From positions 1 through 64,000 of IMG/VR virus record IMGVR_UViG_3300042889_001503: 64,000 nucleotides of DNA; one strand, 5' to 3'. Every line of letters starts with the position of its first letter. Position 1 is the first letter of the stretch. A program made the translations under genes and the position numbers. Below the pieces are notes generated by a model. It was given only the letters and a program-made list of their open reading frames with translations, searched no databases and was not told where the DNA came from. Positions 59,176-64,000 of this stretch are shown here, in pieces.

Positions 59176-59565
59176 TTAGTTTTGTCCGAAGACAGCGTTT
59201 ATTATAACTTTTGTCATACTTTTATCCCCGTTAAGATTATAACCGGGTTTTGGTTCTGTAAACTTTTCACCTGATGGTCTGAATGATTGGATTTTATCAA
59301 CCCTAAATAATCTCCACCCCGGTAAAGGTTGTTCCCCTTTATATCCTGTGTGAGAAGCTCCTTCACTGTCCCAAGCACGTAATACAGGGTTTCCGGCTTT
59401 TGAGTATCCAAAACAAACAGGTTCAATATCTCGTAAACCACGTCCTCCGGGTTCATCACCGTCGTAATAAATTATTATCTTATCTTTATTTTTAATAGCG
59501 TTAACAATTGAGTCAATTGACGCTACTTCTAAAATAAGAGATTTAACTGTGTTGTAAAGTTTCAT
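59176..59565 (-). CDS. stand-alone WYL-domain protein
   Basis: IYY......R.IEP..G......LRAW......WRLFRVDKI. Confidence 0.75.
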   Translation of the reverse strand: MKLYNTVKSLILEVASIDSIVNAIKNKDKIIIYYDGDEPGGRGLRDIEPVCFGYSKAGNPVLRAWDSEGASHTGYKGEQPLPGWRLFRVDKIQSFRPSGEKFTEPKPGYNLNGDKSMTKVIINAVFGQN

Positions 59566-59861
59566 TACGCACTTGGTGTTGTATAAGGTGCATTTGGTTT
59601 ATACTCATTAATAACTAATTCAGAGTTTCTTTCTTGAATATCTTGAATAGCTCCCGCTTGTTGATTATAAACATCTAAAAAGTTACCTGTTCCTTTACCT
59701 GCGGTATCACCATCGGCAATTGCGTCAGGGTTAACTGAGGAGTATTCATTTGCTGTTTTTTTAAAATCATTTTTTGGAAATAATAATCTTCTTTGAGCCT
59801 CGGCAATTGATGACAAATCATTAGATGGTTGTTCAAAATTTAATGGTTCATTTACTGGCAT
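59565..59861 (-). CDS. hypothetical protein
   Basis: ORF coupled to the WYL gene (TAATG overlap). Confidence 0.7.
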   Translation of the reverse strand: MPVNEPLNFEQPSNDLSSIAEAQRRLLFPKNDFKKTANEYSSVNPDAIADGDTAGKGTGNFLDVYNQQAGAIQDIQERNSELVINEYKPNAPYTTPSA

Positions 59862-59866
59862 AATTG

Positions 59867-60334
59867 TTATATTTTTTGTATTAATTCGTTTATTCTTTTT
59901 AGACTCTCTGTGATAGCGGTGTCAAATTTATTAATTGATGAACTATGTTTTTGATTCGGTCTATTCATATCTTTAATCCCTTCTTTTTCGTGAGGGTTAA
60001 TGTATTGATTTGGTAATACTTCCGATTTTGATTGTTTTCCGGTATTAATACTATCTCTATCTCCTTTTAGGGTATTGTTCACCCAATCTTTAACGTAGTG
60101 TCCCCCATTTAAAATATGGGAAGTCTCATCTTGATGTCCATTGAAATTATCAAACCAATTCTTCATTCGTTTTAGTTGTTGATAAGTCACCTCACCTTTT
60201 TCACGCAAATCTTTATTACGTTTAAAACCTTCGGTAGTTTCATCAACTTCCCCAACAGCTTGATTACATTGTTCTAAATATTCAATAACGTCTTGCGGTA
60301 CCGTATATGTCTTTCCGTATAAATCACTATTCAT
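59867..60334 (-). CDS. hypothetical protein with C-terminal ITESLKRINELI helix
   Basis: ORF within the operon. Confidence 0.72.
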   Translation of the reverse strand: MNSDLYGKTYTVPQDVIEYLEQCNQAVGEVDETTEGFKRNKDLREKGEVTYQQLKRMKNWFDNFNGHQDETSHILNGGHYVKDWVNNTLKGDRDSINTGKQSKSEVLPNQYINPHEKEGIKDMNRPNQKHSSSINKFDTAITESLKRINELIQKI

Positions 60335-61160
60335 CTGAAGATTTTAACGCTTTTATCAGAGTATTGATACTAATACCTTCTTTATCTGCAATATTTTTAA
60401 TTACTTGTAAATTTTTCTTTAATATTTTACTAACACCGGTGTTTTTAATAACATCAGAAGAATCTTTTGATTTTTTGGTTAAAATATCCTCAACCATTTT
60501 CTTCATCATTTTTTTCTGTTGTTCTTCTATGGTATCCTTTTCTGATAATCTTTGTCTTAATTCACCGTCTTCTTTTTTTGCCTTTGGTAGTTTACCAAAT
60601 TCTTTAGCTCTTTCGATTGCGTTCTCAACACCCATTTCTTCAAGAGTTTTGACGGTATCTTTAAAGTCCATATCTTTTGTTTCTTCATATCCAAAAGCTT
60701 CTGAATAATCAACTTCATTAATTACTTCATCTGAACCTTCTTTACTTTCACCATAATAAACACGATAACCTCTTGTTAATGGGTCGTTTGTCGCTCTTGA
60801 CATTGCAATGGTTTGGTCCATAGTTTTGTGTGGAGTTAACACTTGACTAAGATTTGGTATTCTTGAACCTAACATATTACCGTCCTCATCAACAAATTCG
60901 TCAATTTCTTCTTTGGGTTTAATTCCTTTAAGTTTTTTATCTAAAGCTTTTTTAGAAACTTTTGATTTTGTTTTTAACGCTGAAGAAACCACACCTTTAA
61001 CTTTTTTTTCGTCTTTTTTATCGAACTCAAGTTTATCGTCAGACTTTCTTGATTCCGTTAAAGTGTCCGCCACATTATAATAAAGGGATATTTTGTTACC
61101 TCTATCTTTAATGTAGAAGTAACAATTGTTCCCAAAATATTCGGTATTAAAATTAATCAT
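60327..61160 (-). CDS. hypothetical protein
   Basis: ORF; TATTTAT at 61176-61182 (minus strand). Confidence 0.75.
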   Translation of the reverse strand: MINFNTEYFGNNCYFYIKDRGNKISLYYNVADTLTESRKSDDKLEFDKKDEKKVKGVVSSALKTKSKVSKKALDKKLKGIKPKEEIDEFVDEDGNMLGSRIPNLSQVLTPHKTMDQTIAMSRATNDPLTRGYRVYYGESKEGSDEVINEVDYSEAFGYEETKDMDFKDTVKTLEEMGVENAIERAKEFGKLPKAKKEDGELRQRLSEKDTIEEQQKKMMKKMVEDILTKKSKDSSDVIKNTGVSKILKKNLQVIKNIADKEGISINTLIKALKSSDE

Positions 61161-61215
61161 ATCAACTTTTTATATATAAATACTTCGTTTCTGACTATTT
61201 ATCATAAAAAAGATT

Positions 61216-64000
61216 GTGAGTCAAAATATAAATCAATTTCCGAAACCAAATTGGGGTGTAAAATTAGCGTTAGACGTTAGTGATATATCATTATCTACTG
61301 ATGAAAGAAACTATAAAGAAGAGGTTGTTTTTTCCCCTTATTTAATTGCCGAGACATATGGTAATAAATTACCTATTAATTTTGATATTAATAACCCAAT
61401 TTCTGCACAACAAATTGATTTATACTATAAAAACTATAACTTCAATAATCTTTTTGTTTCTAAAAACTATTACAACCCTGATAATGTTGATTTATTTTGT
61501 TTAACCGCTAATACATCTTGTGATATTGGTTTAACCGGGATTGACAATGGGTTGGTGGAATCAATGACGGGACAGTCAATCACATTTACAAACGGTATTA
61601 ATGATTACACCAAATTCAATAGATTGTCTTTTGATAGACGATTAAAGTTATTTCAAGTTACAGGATACACTAGTTCTAATGTTAGATTCTCAGGTTTTAA
61701 TGACACAATATTATATGAGGTTGTTAGTAAAAATGATAGTGTAGGTAGATACCACGAACTTTATGGTGGATTCTATCAAGGGTTCTATAGATTATTTGGT
61801 TATGACTATAACATTTTTCCTGAAAGAATGAATAAAGGATGGTCGGTTGAAATGTTGTTAAAACCAAGATTAATTAACGAATATACTCCATCGTTAGGTG
61901 AAACAACCTTAAATGAGATTTACCCAAACAACAAAGATATATTCTTTTACTTTGGGGCTCGTGCTGAAAATAAATTCTATCATTACGCCGACGGACACCC
62001 AAGATGTTTTACCGGTTACACTAGAGTTACCTCAGAGGTCACAGGTTTAACAACTTGTGCTTGTTGTAATAATTCTGTTGTTAATAGTAGATGTATCTAT
62101 GTTTATCCACCTAGACCAACTAAAGCGGATTGTGATGGTTGTATTAGTTGTGGTTGGGAATATAAAATACACGATTGTCCATTACCTACACCAACACCAA
62201 CTCCAACACCAACTCCGATACCGGTCCCTTCAAATTGCGAACCAATCACGGCTTGTACTGCGGGATGTACTTGTGTACAATGTATATCTTGTAACGATTG
62301 TCAAACTTGTGATAATTGTAATGTAACTCCGGGTTCAGTTGAGAATACTTGTGAGAGTGACCCATTGTTTGATTCAATGTCAAACGCATTATCATTTAAA
62401 TTATGTGGTGACCCACATAACCCTCAAATTGGTGTTAGATTACTAAGATTTACCGGAGGATGTGAGACTAGTGGAAGTTGTTCAACAACAGGAATTACTT
62501 ACACAACAGGATACACTATAGACAATTATTGTACACCACCAATTTATCCTTATTGTTTAGAAGTTAATCCAAGTTATTTAGATATGGAACATTGGTTTCA
62601 TATTACAGCCGTTTGGGAGAGATATACTTGGTTAGACACTTGTGACTTATGGTATAGAGGGGGTATTGGAGATATCACGGAGAAAAAATATTTAGATGGA
62701 TTAGCAAATAACTCAAAAGAGTTAATCACTGTTCCATATACACAAACTTGTGGGACTGACCCACAACAAATTGATTTGGTTAATCTAAATGAGAAATGGT
62801 TGATTGATAAGGATTTTAGAAAAGGAAGATTAAAAATATACATTAATGGAAGAATATTCCACACATTTCAAGATATTGAGGAAATTATCCCAAGAGCATT
62901 ATCCACAGATAAGGAAAAACAAGTCGGTGTTCCTTATAATATTTCGTGGGGTGGTGGAACCCAAGGTTTAAGAGAAAATTTAACTTTCTCGGCAATTACC
63001 GGAACAACTTATATCCAAGACCCGGAATGTTTACCAACTAACGATTTGTTAGGAACAACGTTTAGTGGATTAACGACTGATATATTATTAGAACAAAATT
63101 TTGGTGGAACATTTGATGGGGGTATATCTCAATTCAGAATGTATGTGGAGCCATTATCATCAGACGAAGTTAAACATAATTTTAAATTATTAAAAGATAC
63201 GTTTGATATGTTTAATCCTGATTGCCCTGATTGTGGTGAAAATTTCTGTCCGGTTGATGATTTTACATATGTGATTAATGGTCCTACTCCAACACCTACC
63301 AATACTCAAACACCAACACCCACATCAGAACCATTAAATTTAACCCTTTTCGTGGAATATACACCGGGTTCTATAATTGCGTATTATAGATTAGTATTGA
63401 ACCGTTCATATAGTGAAGAAATAAATGTTACTTTTGAAAATGTTCTAAATGTCTATAGTGGGACTCCGATTACAATATTTACTGGTGTTACGGTTAGTTT
63501 AGGGGATTTATCAGGACAAACTATTGTTACAATAAATGAAGATTATAACAACTATAATGGGGAACCATTTTTTAGTCAATTATCGGGAACTCCGAATGGA
63601 AGTACGTGGGAAATAATTTTAATCCAACCAACACCAACCCCAACACCAACTAATACCGTAACTCCAACTAATACCATAACACCAACTAATACCGTAACTC
63701 CAACTAATACCATAACACCAACACAAACCTTAACTCCGACTAATACCATAACACCAACACAAACCTTAACTCCGACTAATACTCCAACTGAAACACCAAC
63801 TCAAACCTTAACTGAAACTCCGACAAACACTCCAACTCCGACTATTACAGAAACTCCAACTAATACTCCAACAAATACCTTAACACCAACTCCGACCCCT
63901 ACACCAATTATACCATTAGTTTTAATACAAGGTTTATTTTCTTATGAAGGTTGCATACCTTGTGAGACTTCTTGTTTATTAGGTTTAATTACTTTATATA
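61216..64000 (+). CDS. large virion-type protein with split LamG/ConA-like domain, Cys-rich and Pro/Thr tracts (runs off window; not in ORF track)
   Basis: Manual translation from GTG 61216 stays open to 64000: GWSVEMLLKP, HWFHITAVW, LKIYINGR, FDGGISQFRMY..PLS..EV; CxxC run; (TPTNT)n; TATTTAT at 61196-61202. Confidence 0.85.
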   Translation, partial: MSQNINQFPKPNWGVKLALDVSDISLSTDERNYKEEVVFSPYLIAETYGNKLPINFDINNPISAQQIDLYYKNYNFNNLFVSKNYYNPDNVDLFCLTANTSCDIGLTGIDNGLVESMTGQSITFTNGINDYTKFNRLSFDRRLKLFQVTGYTSSNVRFSGFNDTILYEVVSKNDSVGRYHELYGGFYQGFYRLFGYDYNIFPERMNKGWSVEMLLKPRLINEYTPSLGETTLNEIYPNNKDIFFYFGARAENKFYHYADGHPRCFTGYTRVTSEVTGLTTCACCNNSVVNSRCIYVYPPRPTKADCDGCISCGWEYKIHDCPLPTPTPTPTPTPIPVPSNCEPITACTAGCTCVQCISCNDCQTCDNCNVTPGSVENTCESDPLFDSMSNALSFKLCGDPHNPQIGVRLLRFTGGCETSGSCSTTGITYTTGYTIDNYCTPPIYPYCLEVNPSYLDMEHWFHITAVWERYTWLDTCDLWYRGGIGDITEKKYLDGLANNSKELITVPYTQTCGTDPQQIDLVNLNEKWLIDKDFRKGRLKIYINGRIFHTFQDIEEIIPRALSTDKEKQVGVPYNISWGGGTQGLRENLTFSAITGTTYIQDPECLPTNDLLGTTFSGLTTDILLEQNFGGTFDGGISQFRMYVEPLSSDEVKHNFKLLKDTFDMFNPDCPDCGENFCPVDDFTYVINGPTPTPTNTQTPTPTSEPLNLTLFVEYTPGSIIAYYRLVLNRSYSEEINVTFENVLNVYSGTPITIFTGVTVSLGDLSGQTIVTINEDYNNYNGEPFFSQLSGTPNGSTWEIILIQPTPTPTPTNTVTPTNTITPTNTVTPTNTITPTQTLTPTNTITPTQTLTPTNTPTETPTQTLTETPTNTPTPTITETPTNTPTNTLTPTPTPTPIIPLVLIQGLFSYEGCIPCETSCLLGLITLY

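Noticed and set aside
3324-62864. Many short overlapping or antisense ORFs in the track (e.g. 3613-3882, 8289-8498, 14107-14457, 22088-22486, 26291-26899, 29565-29918, 62057-62326, 62598-62864)
   Set aside because: They are shadows of low-complexity or real genes in another frame or strand, with no independent motifs or start context
1-64000. Stop-codon reassignment as seen in some Bacteroidetes jumbo phages
   Set aside because: Conserved genes are full-length under code 11; TAG ends the portal, 29216 and clpC genes, and TGA ends MCP-independent genes such as dut-upstream 54485 and 9288-region neighbours without fragmenting ORFs
90-64000. tRNA or rRNA genes
   Set aside because: Intergenic gaps are short and AT-rich, and no cloverleaf or rRNA-like sequence was seen by eye

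Overview
This AT-rich 64 kb window comes from a large (jumbo-type) T4-like tailed phage using the standard genetic code. The host is very probably Bacteroidetes: there are TTTG-N19-TAnnTTTG promoters, a Bacteroidetes-type bS21, almost no Shine-Dalgarno sites and an AQ signal peptide. It contains the head module (terminase large subunit, portal, prohead protease, scaffold, major capsid protein). An ~11 kb array of mucin-like Pro/Thr, DUF285/BspA-like and Hint-domain surface proteins sits between terminase and portal. There are baseplate-like genes, a gp55-like sigma factor, and a ~14 kb glycosylation cluster (gmd, fcl/colC-like, colD-like, NodZ-like and about six other glycosyltransferases, plus phoH, dut and an exonuclease). 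Host-takeover genes include an N-domain-less ClpC, an M20/M28 peptidase, bS21 and the probable 5' end of a tmRNA at the left edge. A long ORF missing from the supplied track starts at 61216 and runs off the right edge. The most interesting signals, all inferred from sequence and untested, are: (1) a putative phage virion O-glycosylation system combining a GDP-colitose/fucose pathway, transferases, and mucin-like and [ST]-G-x-T-rich virion proteins; (2) a portable N-terminal leader resembling the scaffold C-terminal helix, ending in a prohead-protease-like site and fused to unrelated cargos, several of them peptidoglycan-binding; (3) a modular adhesin array with a shared anchor domain and a terminal Hint domain; (4) an SD plus ATG-TAG start-stop element in front of bS21; (5) a TATTTAT motif upstream of about 20 late-type genes.
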